From Balanoglossus misakiensis (taxonomy: Eukaryota; Animalia; Hemichordata), in contig CM082583.2 of assembly GCA_040954595.2 (NCBI GenBank), positions 8,182,849-8,246,848 of the forward strand: a stretch of DNA of 64,000 nucleotides. The letters run 5' to 3'. Under the pieces are notes generated by a model. It saw only the letters and a list, made by a program, of their open reading frames with translations. It had not been told where the DNA came from and ran no database searches. The position numbers and the translations under genes were made by a program. Shown in pieces: positions 12,284 to 26,253 of the stretch (within the stretch, counting starts at the first letter, position 1; each line of letters starts with the position of its first letter).

Positions 12284-15200
12284 ATGAATACGTCAACGTG
12301 GGAAACAAAAAAGCACTGGGGCGCTCGTCGAGCGACGAAGGAGGTGTTTTTCACCAACCTCATGCTTCTTGGGTTTGAACCTGCGAGAGAAGAGGCGAAG
12401 TACAGGATTCCTTTCACAAGGTGTGTAGAACTTGGAAGTGCCATCAGGACTCGATTCATGCATTGTACTTTAATGTCACACTGGTGTTTTAATCAAAATA
12501 CGCGTGTTATATCAGAAAGATCAGAAATTAGTAGTTATGCTATTATATAAATAAGTAATAGAAAATATTTCAGACTTTACAAAGTTTACCTTACATATTC
12601 ATATACATGTATTACAACTAAGTGGTGATTCACATCAATCTTTTCGCAGTGATATGTTTAAAGTTCCTAACAAGAAGGCCTTTGAAGTTGTTATGCATTT
12701 TCTGTTTAAGAAGCTGGATCCAGCCATGGCAAAAGAACAGTTTAGGTGAGTCAAATAAAGTTGGTCACATGACTTTGCCTTATTTGCATCTAGGGAAAAT
12801 TTTGAAACTAAACAAACATTTTCTCATGGGTAATTCATTTTAAAAATGCTTATACAATTATTTTAGGGACTGTTGGCCTGTGACAGACAAGAAGCAAGAA
12901 CAGCTATTCCGAAAAAATGTCAATAATTGGTTGACACACATTTCAGCAGTAAGTCCATCTCCATTTAGAGATATTGAAAAGTAATGTGTGGTAATCTCAT
13001 TTTTTACAATTGCTATCATGTCAATTTGTATCTATGGGAAGATTAGTTCACATATCTGTTTAAATGTTTAACATGATGTTTAACTTATTGTTAGACTGGA
13101 GCAGTGTCCCAAAATTGTTATTCTTTCCTTCATTTCAGGAGAAGGCAGAAGCGAACCTACCAAGGATTGTACCATCCATGTTTTTATCACCCGGAGGCGA
13201 TAAATTTTATAATTTGATGTTACATTTCTCGAATTATGTATGCAAAAAAGCAATCATAGAGGAGCATGGTGAGTGGAGCAAGTGTGTGTAATGTGCGTCA
13301 TTTGATGTTCTCTGTGAGTTATGCAATTTTTTGATGTGTAACACGAAAAATTGACAGACTGATCTGACTACTTTGCAGGAGTGAAATCGCGTGAATTTCT
13401 TCAGCATCCGAAACTGATGCCTTCTATTATACACCTTGGCCCTGTCATTGCTAAAGCTGAGAGAGCTGGCACTATCAGTCAAAGGAAGAGGTTCCTTGAA
13501 GCAGCCCAGTACAACGGCATTCTACACAAAGAATGGCAAGAAATTTCACAGTAAGTGCCATCAGTTTTTTTCAGGCAGGCAGGGACGGAGGTAGGCAAAG
13601 TGTGTTCCAATTTTGTTCAAAGATGTATAGGAAAACATTAGCGTTATTTGTTGATACTTTCAGCGGCTTGACAAAGGAGCACCGGGCACTGAAGAAGGAA
13701 ATACGGGAACTGGAAAGAAGGGTTGAAGAGTTGTGGAGGAGAAACCAAGACCTGAATGGAAAGGCAGGAGGGAGTCCACTGCCAATGAAGAGAAAAACCG
13801 GGGGTAGATTTGATGGCGAGATGGAGGTACAGGCCATTAAGAGAGCACAGAAAGTGCAAAAGGTAAAAAAAAAGATACTAAGATGTAAACAACAGAATGT
13901 TGATTTCAGTTTTTAGATTTCACATTTGTTATGTTTCAGGTAAACAAGTTTTTAACGATGAGGACTGATCATTGATATGTCTGTTTTGCAGGTGAGAGGT
14001 TTGTGGGCAAGTCTCGAAGATTTTCACAAGAGCCACTCACAACACAGGGAAATTCTGGACTCTGTGTTGAGTGGATTGGCCAATAGATACAAAATCGATG
14101 CCGGTGATATCAACGTCCAAGTCCCCGCCATGCTTTTAAGTGAATGTGAAAGACAGATACAAAGAGTAAGTCCTTACTGTATTTTATTGAATCTTATTGT
14201 GATATTTCAGCAGAGGAACTGCATGCAGTTGGTAATCTCAAGTGTGTTGCCATACTGTCAATCAACTATGTTTTCTTACTTCGCTGAATATCAAGAACAA
14301 TGTAGAGACTGAGTTGTAAATTTAACATGATGTAATTTCATGTCGACAGCGTAATGTAGGAAACACCTATGAAGGTGGAAAGCTAAATCTCCTGAGTTTG
14401 ATGCATCTGTCCAACTTATCCCTACACCTGTATTTGGAAAAATTACATCAAAGTAAGTAAGCGAGTTGTGAGGTTGTTTTTTTATCACTAGATAATTTAG
14501 CTTTTTGTAAGAAAATGAAAGAGGGGCTGATGATTTTTGGTGGAAGAATTAGAATCTCAGAATGTATTTGAAACTGAATGTTTTTGGAATACAGGGTTAG
14601 CAATATATTTGGTCAAAATCGATTTGGAATATTGAAGTTTTTGCAATTCATCTGTATGTTTTCAGCGAGATTACCAAAGTTCGAAAGGATGACTCCAAAA
14701 GTAGCCACAGAGGTCCACACACACCATACACATCTGGCAAATATGCAAGCACTTGGGTAAGGGTAATTGAGTAATGTTTATGTTTGCAAGTCTTTTTGTA
14801 ATGTCTTTTACATCAAGTCATTACACAGAATTCCATGCCCATTAAATTTTGAAATATTGACTTCTGTTTCCAGATCCAAACTTGCTAGTGAGGTGGTACC
14901 TGAATTAGAAGAATCAATAGATCAGCTGATAGCCGAATTGGATGCACAGGATGTCATCTCTGCGAGACAAACAGAACCAAGAGAGCCACCTGTAAGTCTT
15001 GACATTACTTCACACGGATAGCAATGACATGAGCTGTACAAAACAAAAGTCAGACAAATCAAATTAGTGACAAGAAACCTGTGTATTCATTTTTGGCTGA
15101 TTTACCAATGCAATGTTAGGATTGCTTTCCAATTGCAAAGTTTCAGTTTTCTTTATCACTGCCAAGTCTTTGTTTCATTCCTGGCAGATAATGTACATAA

Positions 15201-18200
15201 AAAAATAACTTATTTTAATTGGCCAGTTCTCAACCTGTAAAATCACAATATTAAGCGAGGTTATTAAAAGTAAGGTTAAAATAAAGAATCATTTTTGACT
15301 TAAAATTCTCGTCATGTGTTGTTTCTTTGGATGTCAGCCTTTTAGTATAGGTGAGGTATGGCCCCGAAATATTGTTCTGCAATCTCAGCTTGTTTTCACA
15401 TTCTCTCTCCAATGCTCACATGCTCATTGTTTATTCACCTTCTGTGAGGTCTAGAGCATATGGTGATCAGAGATTTCTGTCCAGTTATGGATTTTAGTAC
15501 CCATTCTGGGATGATGATGATGATGATGATGTCCTTTACTCTCTGCTTTCTCAGTCTGATGGTTTGTGGTTGATTCCACCGACACCACCATCAATGTACA
15601 CACTGGAACCGAACGCTAACGTTGAGACACCTCCGCATATGAGAGAAGCATGGCGCATGTCTGGAGCTCCAGAAATGGGTGAGTTGATCTTTGTCGATGT
15701 TAGAGTCTTGGTTTTCAAAGTGAAATATGTCAGGTATATATTTATCACGAAAAGGCATCATCCGGGCAATCAGAACAACATGAGAAAATATTATATGTTG
15801 TTTTCTGTGTCAGTTGATACTCCAGAAGCAGTTGCCAAGCTGGATGAGAGAATGACAAAGATGGCCATGAGAAGAGCTGGGCTTGTCCAAGGCACACCCG
15901 TCAGTACTAGGAAGGAACTTCGAGAACAGCTGAAGGGGTATGTGTGTCTGATCATGGCATGCCATAAACTGCTGATCCTAGGCACGGGAATATAAAGGGT
16001 TGTTACTGTAAATTTAATACGGCTGTTGAATTGTTGTGATATCAAGCAATAAACTCATACCACAGAAGATGCATTTTATTTATCTGGTCATAATGATGGG
16101 ATTTTCTGATGGTTTTGACAGAGAATCAAGACTCCCGAGGCCTGCTACATCAGTCAAGACGTCGACTCGACATCAGTTCCCCGCAAGTTCTGCGAGAGGT
16201 CAGAGACCTGACACCATTGGAAGAGGAGCAGTCAGCGTTCCTCCCAATGTTTCTCCAAAACTGCCACAAACAACCCAGGACCAGGTATGTGTCAGTTTTT
16301 TGATGCAGTACTTTCAGCATGACAGTATATTCCAGCTTGAATGTACATGTCATTACACTGTATATCAAAAGACAGAAAAAATGACATTTCTTTGTATTTT
16401 TATTAAATTAGAAATTTACACCAAGCATCTCTGAAAGGAAAGGAATGCCATCTACCAGGTACAGGCCTGCTGTCAGTTTAATGGATGAATCATTGGCTGA
16501 TACAACTATCTCTTTCCAAAGATCTCAGGCAACACCTACAGCACATGATATACTGGCTGATCAGGTCAGTGATTGCTTGTCAGTTTAAAGAAAGGTTGAT
16601 CATTTATGGAATTTAATCACAAGCTTCTAACATCTATGACTGTAATAAATGAAATCTGTGACTTTTTCATTTCCAGATTGCCAGTGCTGTAGCTGGGGTT
16701 GATGTAGATGATGATCTGCTTGCTATAGAAAGACCATTGCAGTCTCTTGGTGGGTGTTATATCTCAACTCACTGCATTGAAATGTTTTTTGTTCATGCAG
16801 CCAGCAGTTAGACAGCCACCACAATATTAACCAATTCAATAATTCATGTCTCTCATAGTAGTGATGGCTGTATTCTATTCTTTCTCCATTCTACAGGATT
16901 GGATGCGTTTGCACCCAAGGATAAACTGGCCAGGACACCAACCTCTGCTGAGAAAGCAGCAAAACAAGCTGAGAGTAAACAGGCCACACCAAACAAACGG
17001 TTGTTCAAAGAAGACGGTCCTGAGTATGATGCTGAAGAAGAAGAAGTAGAATCAGATGTAGATGAAGAGAGGATTGAAAGAATGCCCCCTGTTGAGAAAA
17101 TACCTGTAGAGATTAGCAAGCCCTTTCCGGGGAAAGACAGGACTATGTTCTCGGATTCGGAAAGCAGAGCTGCGGAGATAGTGGATACCAGGCTCGAGTT
17201 GCGCTTGGATCTGCAGCAGAGCGAAGACTCCCTGGGCGAGGAGGAAGAGGAGGTGGAGATCGCAGACATCAGCGATCTGGAAGAGAGCATCGAAGGCTTG
17301 CAGAAGATCAAGACGCCGGACGAGATGTTCCTGAGCAAGACTCCACAGCTGCCACTGAGGTCCAGGACGAGGTACATCCCGGGTTCGGAGCTCGATGAAG
17401 AGTTGGAAGCGCCACCACACAGCAGTCTAGACATGGAGGGACTGTCTTCGATCACCATGCCGTCTATGGTGCTATCTCCATCAATGCTAGATGATCAACA
17501 GTCGCCTGCGCAAGAATCCATGATAGAGAGGGAAGAGGACAATGTCCAGGAGACTGAGCATGATTTGAGTAAGCATCGAGATGATGTCCGCGAAAGGAGC
17601 GTAAGCAGTGGCTCACAGAAAAGCGTCACTTTTTCAGAGACTAGTGATAAACACAGAGAGCCCGACATCACGTCTGTCAAAACGCCAGAGGTTCCCAAAA
17701 GTGGCCACAAGGTCAAGGAGGACGACAGTATAACCAGGGAGCTCCTGGAAAGGTTGAATAGGCTGAAAGACCGCGCGGCCCAGGAGGAGGAGGTGGAGGA
17801 CGCTGGACGAGATACTGACACAAGTCTAGCTGAAGCCTTCTCTGAAAAACTGCGACTTGAGTCGGCCACAACGCCTCCCCCTGAATTGCACAGTGCGCAG
17901 TCTCAAGGCACTCCAGTGATTAACGACATATATCTGAAGAAGTCTCCCCAGCCTAAATCTGCACATCAAATGAAGGAAGTGTTTTCTTTAGATTTGGGTG
18001 ACTCTGATAGCTCTGATAGCCCCTTTGGTTCGCCAGCAATTGGTATATCAGATATACCTGTTACTCTAGTGGACGTTTCTCCTGTTTACTCGCCTACACA
18101 GACACCGAAGATACAGAAGGCTCGCATGCCCTTGATGTCAGCTCACATGATGGATCGAAAAGGCAGGGGCGTTGAAGCTGAAGTGACCATCACGCCGCCA

Positions 18201-19761
18201 GGTAGCACAGACCAGTCACCTCGCCAAACGCCGTCTGAGCAATCGGTGCCGCCAAGACTTGAGCAGGTGAAGTCAACTCAACAGGAAGAGCCTGCGCTTG
18301 AGCCACTGACAGATGTCAGGCAGGCAGAGCCTCCTGCAGACAGTAAAGGTGGATCTCTGGAGGAGTCAATGCATGAAAGTGGATCTGAATCCAAAGAACG
18401 AGGTCCATCAGAAAGCTCCTCCTCTTCCTCGTCCTCCTCCTCTTCATCATCATCATCAAGTAAAGGGAAATCACCATCAAGCCAAACAGAGTCTCCCAGA
18501 TCACCACCACCGACCCCTGTGGACGTATTGTCCAGTCAGGAGGGATCGGTACATTCAGCCATCCACAGTCCGACAGAAGAAAGGCCAGCAGGTCATGACC
18601 AGGAACGTGCAGTAGAGTCTGTTCCTGCTGCCACCAGCCAACCAAGGCCTGACACTCTGACTACCCAAGGACAACCATCCAGTAAGGAGGGGTCAGAACA
18701 CACCAGCCGACCAGCAACCCCGGCAGGCAGTGAGTCGTCTGCAGAAGGCGAGAAGAAGCAGATATCTCCTTTGTCTAGTCACCCTGACTCTCCGAGATCT
18801 GCAGTAGAAGGTTCCAAAAAGTCTCTCAGACCAACAACTGACGGACCGTCCCATGAAACAAGCCAACAACCTAAAATGATTAAGCAGCAAGGGTCTGTCC
18901 ATTCCAGCCACTCAGCATCGCCCAGGGGAAGCCCTGCAGACAGACAGTCTCCAGACCACAGCTTTGAAAAGCAGAACAGTCATGAGAGCACTCCAAGGAC
19001 CTCGTCACCAGATCAAGGAGCTGAATCTGAGAACAAACAGGAATCTGAACATTCTGGACTGAGTGATAAAACACCGCCGGAGAGATTGTCACCTGTTCTT
19101 GCAAAAGAAACAACAGACACAGGATCGCTGATGCATACGAGCCAGGAAGAAACTCCAACCACGACCCAAAAGGAAGGTCCGGACAGCGAGCAAGAATCAG
19201 CACATTCCAGCCGATCTCTGTCACCAGCAGACCTAACCCCACCACCGAACCAAGACCAAGCAGCCAAACACCCCATTGATTCTGAATCTTCCCAGCCAGG
19301 AAAGATCAGTCCAGCGCCTCTAACACCAGGTGCACCACTGACACGGGATGATTCAGTGACCGTCAAAGAGGGGTCAATTCCAGTGCCACCTTTCACCTCT
19401 GAACTTCACTTTGATGAGTCACCGGAAGGTCAATCCAAGAAGGAAGATGAAATTGATATTTTTGGACTTGGTGAGTTTCCCCCAGACGAGGTTAATATCA
19501 TACTGTAACATTTTAATAGATTTTTGTGTGATTTCAAAAGCATTTTAGACCATCTAATTATACTAACCAATGGTGCTCATTCTTGTTTTGAAAGTTTTGC
19601 TCGGAATGTAATGATTTCGTTTTCAACTTTGGTTTAATCAAATTTCAGGTGATGAATCGGTCCTCATTCCACCGTCACCACTGTCATGCGACATCACACC
19701 AATCAGAGATGTTGATGGTATATCTGATCAAGAACTGCCTAAAATGGATCCAATGCTGTGA
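12284..19761 (+). CDS. HAUS6: HAUS augmin-like complex subunit 6 with a greatly extended low-complexity C-terminus (2574-nt exon 16897-19470)
   Basis: N-terminal domain [12 protein letters not shown]...[43 protein letters not shown]...[28 protein letters not shown] matches HAUS6_N. Exon phases are consistent at the junctions checked, ending at the TGA at 19759-19761. Putative 5' UTR exon ends at 11980. Confidence 0.9.
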
Positions 19762-20382
19762 TGCTCCCCACCTGGAGACCAAAGCTGCAACTGAGTGACC
19801 ACCATTAAAAGACTGCCCGAGAAATTCATTAGATAGTGTTTTTTGCTCTTTCTCAATTTGGCATGGCATAAGGTCTCTTAATAGTTTCATGTTTGTGATT
19901 CTGGGGATAAAAACTGGATCAAATTAGTTTAGTTATTATGTTGCCTATCATCCTCAGATAAACTGACCAATAAATAATGCTGCCAATAGACCAAAGCTTT
20001 ATTTCACTATACAAACTGCCAAATTGTATATTAGTTTCATGGTGTAATGAGAAATTATAAATAAGTTGGAAGGGTGTTTCTTTTTTACTCTCTTGGTACC
20101 ATAAAATGTTGTAAAGTGTATTATACTCAAAGGATGTCAAATAATGTGTGAATGAAATTATATTCTCTTAGATTAAATGCATGATGTTTTTAACGGTATA
20201 GCGTTTTATATTTAGTACCATTACACGTAATTGCTATTCAGCATATAACGCTTGCTTTTTTGCATGATGTCTAATCTACCCACTCACTTACTTATGAAGA
20301 AAATTAAATGACAACTGGTTTTCCTGTATGTGTTTGAATCATTTAATTTTTTTTTTAAATCACAAAATGTCCATAAAAAGTT

Positions 20383-21464
20383 TTAACATTTGAAAACTAC
20401 CACTCCTATGACTGCTGCAGCCAGTATCACCAACCAACTCGTGGGGTCCAGTTTCCAGGCAGTGTTGCACAGGTTGTCATGACAACAGTAGGTACACGGC
20501 CCGGTACCCAGGAAAGTTTCACAGCCAGCCACACAGTTGTCAGAGCAACCTTTGCTGACGGACACCAAGTCATCCAAAATGTATGTCTTCACCTCCTGGG
20601 GGTGGGGGGGATATAAATTAAAGATGTCATTGTGATTTGCAAATCATGCTTTATTTGTCATATGCACATTTGTTAATCAGTGGTATTCTGGCAAAATATA
20701 TTCAAATACGTCTCGTGTATTTGTCATTGGCATGGCAACGCGCACGCGACTCACCTCGCAAGTGTCTTGGTTGGGGGCGCACTGCACAATATCCGGATCG
20801 GAGCAGACTGCTGACAGTTCATCCGAGGACAGAGCAGTACATTGAAAACAGCTGGTTGCTAAAGATTGATAGATGAAATCAGAAACAAATTTAAAAAACA
20901 TATATTTATTTTGTGTCTTTGCTAGATGATGAAGTTTGTTAGAAACGGTATATACATGTACTAGTTCTCCCAGGAGATAAAGCTTAACTAGCTTTCCAGG
21001 CTAGGCCTACGCAGAGAGGATTACAAGTAAGACCAGGATTTCCGACAAACCACTAAATCTCTCACCAAGGTCCTCACCTACACAAAGGGAAATATAAGTC
21101 GTTTCCCCCCCTGCGGCAAATCGAAATATTACGCATGTGCAGACCCAGATATCGAAAATCAAAACGTTTGCCCATTGCACTGAAACAATGAATTATAGAA
21201 CAAGCAGACCAAAGTATCGACTGTTTCGTCATATCGGTAATATGGCTTTCCAGTGATGTACCCTTTCTTGACGCAACAAAGTGATAAGCATACGGCACAA
21301 ACTTTAAACAGATAAATAATTCATCGGGTGTAACAGTTGTCTTTTTCATACACCTTGCATCGACACAAAAGGTTATAAGCTTGTTATATTTTACAATTAA
21401 TTCCTAAAATAGCTATCAAAATGGGGGGATTGGTGGTAGGTGGTGGTGGTGGTGGTGGTTTTTG

Positions 21465-21545
<81 letters not shown>

Positions 21546-21661
21546 TGACGACGACGACGATGATGTAAAAACGTACCTTCAGCAAGCATAGATTTTTCAC
21601 TTGTGATCGCTGTCAATATCACAATAATGCCGAAAACGAGAGAAGGTAGACTTCGCTGCAT
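20383..21661 (-). CDS. Ly6/uPAR (three-finger) domain protein with signal peptide and GPI-anchor-type tail, 3 coding exons (21661-21577, ~20858-20755, ~20595-20383)
   Basis: MQRSLPSLVFGIIVILTAIT... | ATSCFQCTALSSDELSAVCSDPDIVQCAPNQDTCE | EVKTYILDDLVSVSKGCSDNCVAGCETFLGTGPCTYCCHDNLCNTAW plus a hydrophobic tail. CCxxxLCN motif and typical Ly6 exon layout. Confidence 0.88.
21431..21565. repeat. Compound (GGT)n-(GAT)n-(GAC)n microsatellite in the first coding intron of the Ly6 gene
   Basis: Directly visible trinucleotide runs. Confidence 0.92.
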
Positions 21662-23315
21662 GGCGACGGTCGTTCTTTCCTTAAGTTCAGTTCTGTAAAA
21701 TACCGCGAAACGGCAGCGACAGTAAAAATTAATACGGGAAACAACAGTGGATCTTGTGAGACTGGTCCAGGTGTCGAATGCAAGGACACAGCCCTACTAT
21801 AGGCCTACCACCGGACCGCTGTAACAAAACTAACATATACTTGCTGAGAAAGATTTTTTTTTCGGTCAGACTATACCAGAAGACAAAGAAAAGAACCGTG
21901 GCTGCATTGATTGTTTGCTGGTTCACAGTAGGCCTACTCATCTGACACAAACGTACGCGACTTCGTACCGCTTTCGGAAGAAAACGTTTCTCGTGTTCTG
22001 CAAACATCTCTCTGACTGTCAGGATGTGTATGCCTTTCATTGCTTACCTGTGTATCTGATTTACCTGTTACCTAAATTGACTTCCAGTTCAGAGTGATGC
22101 GATGCATTCATATTGTGTGTCCTTGTCCGCATCTGAAGATCACTGCGCAGTCAAAGAGATTAATTTTCCTTCGTCGTGATTACTGCCAACAGCAAAAGAC
22201 CACGAAGCTCGCAAACGGTGTTCCACATACGCTACGACCGGCTGAGAATTTACCTGGCTCGAGATTTGTAAACTCGTGTAAATATTCTAAATTTCGAATG
22301 TTGTCAGGACGACGCGAATTAAAGAATCTCGCTGGAACATTAATTCGTTGCGTCCATGAAGTTGACGGAAAAGTTAGCCTCTCCCAGAGCAACTGCAGGT
22401 AGATTTTACTGTAGGAAACACATATTTTATTCACCGGTAATATTGAAAAAGTAGGATTACGCGAAGAACGCAAACCGGTAAACTGCGCGAACATGTGCGC
22501 ACGTGTCTCTTCCCATGGATAGGATTACACCGAAAAGTGCTAGAAAACCCACTTCTACAACGTATTGTCATTTTCAAAAATTTTACACATTGATGAGCTC
22601 GAGGTTTTTATTTACTTTTGTGCCCTTGCGCAAAATCCCCAGCATATCCTTGTGAAGCTTAGAAAATTACTAAAGATTGCCGCGCACGTTCACGAGAGAA
22701 AATAGCGGAGTATCTTTTGGTCACTGTACATGTACTATAGAAGCATGAACACACACACACGTACACACTTTGAATTGATGAGCTGCACAAAGTAATTTCT
22801 CAGAACCTGCAATAGTGGTTTTTTATTCAAACTTTGGGCAAATAAGTTAGACGTAATGTTTCTTGACATTGTGTAAGTGATTAAGATGTAGACAAAAGAA
22901 AGCCAATAGTTGAAATCACACCAACTAGGATACTCCTTTACAATTTCTACAAAATCAGTTGGGGAAAGAATCACCTGAAAATACAGCATTTTCCATGAAT
23001 TTCTTACAAATTTTTAGCACGTTTACTTGTAAACTCAGGGTGATTTCACGGTACTTCATAATTTGTTTTCAACAACATTCCACCTTTAATGAACAAATAC
23101 ATGTCTATGCATGTTGCAGAAATGTTGAAAAACTGGCCTGTCTTTAGTGTTTGTATGACTGGGGTTATTGCAACCTGGGAATGTGTCCATATACTGCGAG
23201 ATGCCTGGCAGTTCAAAACCCCTGTAAAATGGTTGAGGTCCATTGTTTTCAGTGGTTAATCTGGACCAATTTATAGTAATATGGGGGTGCGTGGAGTGGA
23301 ATTTTTTTTCTCCAT

Positions 23316-24472
23316 TTATTCAGCTTTCATCTCCTCATCGGACTCCTCGATAATCTGTACCAGTTTCTGGACAGTCTTCTCTTTAGCTGCGAGTGCAAAG
23401 GAAAGCGACATAATACAATATTAGTTCATGTACCCAGTCTGCTGGAATGCATGCTTGTGAGCAAACTATTGACACACTCACTGCATCAGTGGAAACCATC
23501 TTAGTCGTGTCGGATAATTTCTCTCACACTTACCCGCTGGCGACTTGATAAGATGAATATTCTTCTTGACTTCTTTGATATCAGCTTCCTTCCTAAGTTC
23601 TTTGCCTTTCTTCAGTCTGTTCAGATACAAAAAAGAGACGTCAAAAAGATAATCAGACTTCTAAAGCAACACTACACTCCTGAACTACAAACTTTGTCAA
23701 ATTTTTCAGTAATAGTTTACGATTAATACTATGTGAACAGAGCCTATCACATCCATACCTGTTAATGATGAACTGATTCTGTCTTCTGGTTTTGATGTCT
23801 TCAACTCTTTTCAGGGCTCGGAGGGACCTGTTCCACAATTCACGGTTATACTTGACGGGTATGTGTCTTTGTTTTTCAAACTCAAATGAATTATCCTGAA
23901 AGGACATTACGAAACAAAATATTCATCAAACATCTTCCAGTTGTACATAATTGGGGAGACAACAGTGCCACACATTTCAAACTGCTGTACCTATGTTCAT
24001 AAATCTGTCTGTCCTCACTTACCACAGCCAAATCTTTGCCATGTGATTTCCTGAATGCTTTGGTCCACTTGACTTTGCGTGGATTTCTCTTCTTTTTGAA
24101 TGCTTTGTGACATTTTGACCTGCAAAATTTGAATATCTGAAAGGAGAAATCACGAAAGATTTAATTATTTGAAAGTTTCCAGTCTGCCTTTGGCTACTGA
24201 ATGGGCCAGCCACCTTATAGAGCCCCTCAACAATCCATGTTAGTGACCCAATATTTTCATAAGATCACATACACATGCCAGTACAGTCACAAAACCGGAA
24301 GTCATTATTGCGACGGACGATTGCAATATGCGCCTTATGGAGAGATCGAATGAGTTTTACAGCACAATTTCAGAATAACATAGTTACTTACTTTACAGTC
24401 GTTTCTTACAAACTGGATTCCGTGCCCGGGATATACTGGCGACGAGCAAAAGTAACATTTTTCCACACGCAT
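23316..24472 (-). CDS. RSL24D1: Ribosome biogenesis protein RLP24 (RSL24D1), 5 exons
   Basis: [27 protein letters not shown] | [38 protein letters not shown] | [21 protein letters not shown]... Confidence 0.96.
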
Positions 24473-25096
24473 TTTCTCTCACGCACACGTCCACGCTTTC
24501 ACAACTTGACTGTCTCGACGACCTTTGACCCGTACCGCTTGGTGGCGCCTTTGTGGGTACGCAATGTCCGCGCGAAGGAGTCTGGGTAACCGAGACTATG
24601 TTTTGTTCTTGCAGAGCTTTTCTGGCCGTCAACACCGTATCGTTGATTTAAATCACAAATACTGACAAACACTTGGTACGTGTGTGTGTGTTTTATTTCA
24701 AACTGAGCACATATTTGAAAAAAAGTACTTTAAAACTCGATTTTTCTTGGAAAGTACATCAAGATTTATGGCATGGTAAAAGTACAAATGTAACTAGCAA
24801 CAAGAAGCAGTCCTTCATCATTCATTCAAAATTGATACATTACTACAAATGAAAATCTACAACTTGAATGACATCCTACTCCAAATTTTCCGTGGGAACT
24901 TTCATCCCAGAATAACATAATTACAACTACCAAACTACAGGAAATATATTGTCAGTAGTAGTTTTTTTTGTGGTTATCCAGAGTAGAACAAGAAATGAGA
25001 GTTGGGGAAAACACTGAATATTAAAGCCAAAAGTTGCAGATACTGGGGCTTTAACAATTTCTTGTACTGTTGTCACTCTCAGAGAGGGTGACTGTT

Positions 25097-26253
25097 CTAC
25101 AGATCGGCTATCTTCTCATCTATCTTGTCCATGTTCTTTTTAAGCTTCTCCCACTGGTCCTGAGACAAGCTGATACCTTTGAGGGAAGAAAATAAAAAAC
25201 AATGGAGTTAAAGCATCGATGACGCTATTTTGAATACACATGTGCGAATACCATGACAGAAGCGTACTTTTGCAGTGAAGAAACAGGTGTGCCAGCCATT
25301 TATTATTTATCTTGTTCACATTTAATAGTAATAAATAATGCAAAAAGTAGCAGGCAGTGGGGCTTCAATATATACTTTAAAAGTTAAAAAAAAAACAGAG
25401 AACTCAGGGGTGTTTTCTTGAAGCAAAGCGGTCTCATCTTTACCTTTCTTTCCTGGTTTCAATTCTCCATCAGCATTATTGTAGTATTCCCTGATGTCTA
25501 TCAGCACTTTCCCCTTGAAGTCACGCACATTCACGAACCTCATCTTTGCAAGCTGTTTGAAGTCAAAACATATCCAAGTCACTAAAGGCCTATCATGAAA
25601 TACAACACTCTGAAATTAAAACAACGAAAATAATGCCAAATGATGCAGTTTTTGGGCCTTTGAATACATGCCTGAATCATGCCTGAATCATCATCATCAC
25701 CATCATCACTGTCTTCATCTCTGCGTCTCTTCTTCTTCTCCCTCTCCTCCTTTTTTGGTTGCTTCTTCTCAGGCTAGAAGAAAACCACATTGTTTGTGAA
25801 TGAAAAAAAATAACCCCAGTGAATTTCAAGTCTAATGCATCATTTGAATTTGCTGAATTGAAAGATAAACTGTATACTTGAATACACCACACTGTCTTCA
25901 GAATTGAGGGGAAAAGTTTTAATGTGCCCTGATGACAATATCCATCAGTATTCATCAATGGGTACATCACTGTTGTTATCATCATGAAGGTGAATTGTAA
26001 TTGTATTAGGGATCTGCTAAAAGCTTGGAGCGTGGTGACTGATTGTGCAAAAAAAATTGATGACTTGTGCATACATTAATTAAAATTGCCCCCTCCCCCG
26101 ATAATAATTGTACAGGCCCTTATTATCATCTGATTGAATGCAACTTGCTTGCCGTACCTAGGCAAGCGACTAGTCACAGCAATATACCTTGTAATCCGAA
26201 TCAGAATCGTCAGAGGTATCTATTATTGCCTTCGATTTCGGTTTCGATGCCAT
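25097..26253 (-). CDS. SUB1: Transcriptional coactivator PC4/SUB1, 4 exons, with a GC-AG second intron
   Basis: [22 protein letters not shown]...MIQ|[36 protein letters not shown]|[13 protein letters not shown] is the PC4 ssDNA-binding domain. Confidence 0.96.

Noticed and set aside
17052-19396. Multiple antisense or shifted ORFs inside the giant HAUS6 exon
   Set aside because: Shadow ORFs of a low-complexity coding exon.
21397-21600. ORFs with poly-Val/Ile/Thr or poly-Arg/His
   Set aside because: Translation of the compound microsatellite. The real Ly6 exon ends at the donor near 21577.
22094-22494. Overlapping 102-aa and 104-aa ORFs in a CpG-rich stretch
   Set aside because: No recognisable homology. 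More simply the promoter or 5' UTR exons of the Ly6 gene.
25935-25990. C/D-box-like words (ATGATGA...TGATGA...CTGA, minus strand) in SUB1 intron 1
   Set aside because: Too short (~40 nt), with no room for guide sequences and a weak terminal stem. snoRNA not supported.
26088-26122. ccctcccccgataataattgtacaggccc|tta, resembling a Harbinger-type MITE end
   Set aside because: Only one end is visible and no matching TIR was found in the window, so it is too weak to annotate.
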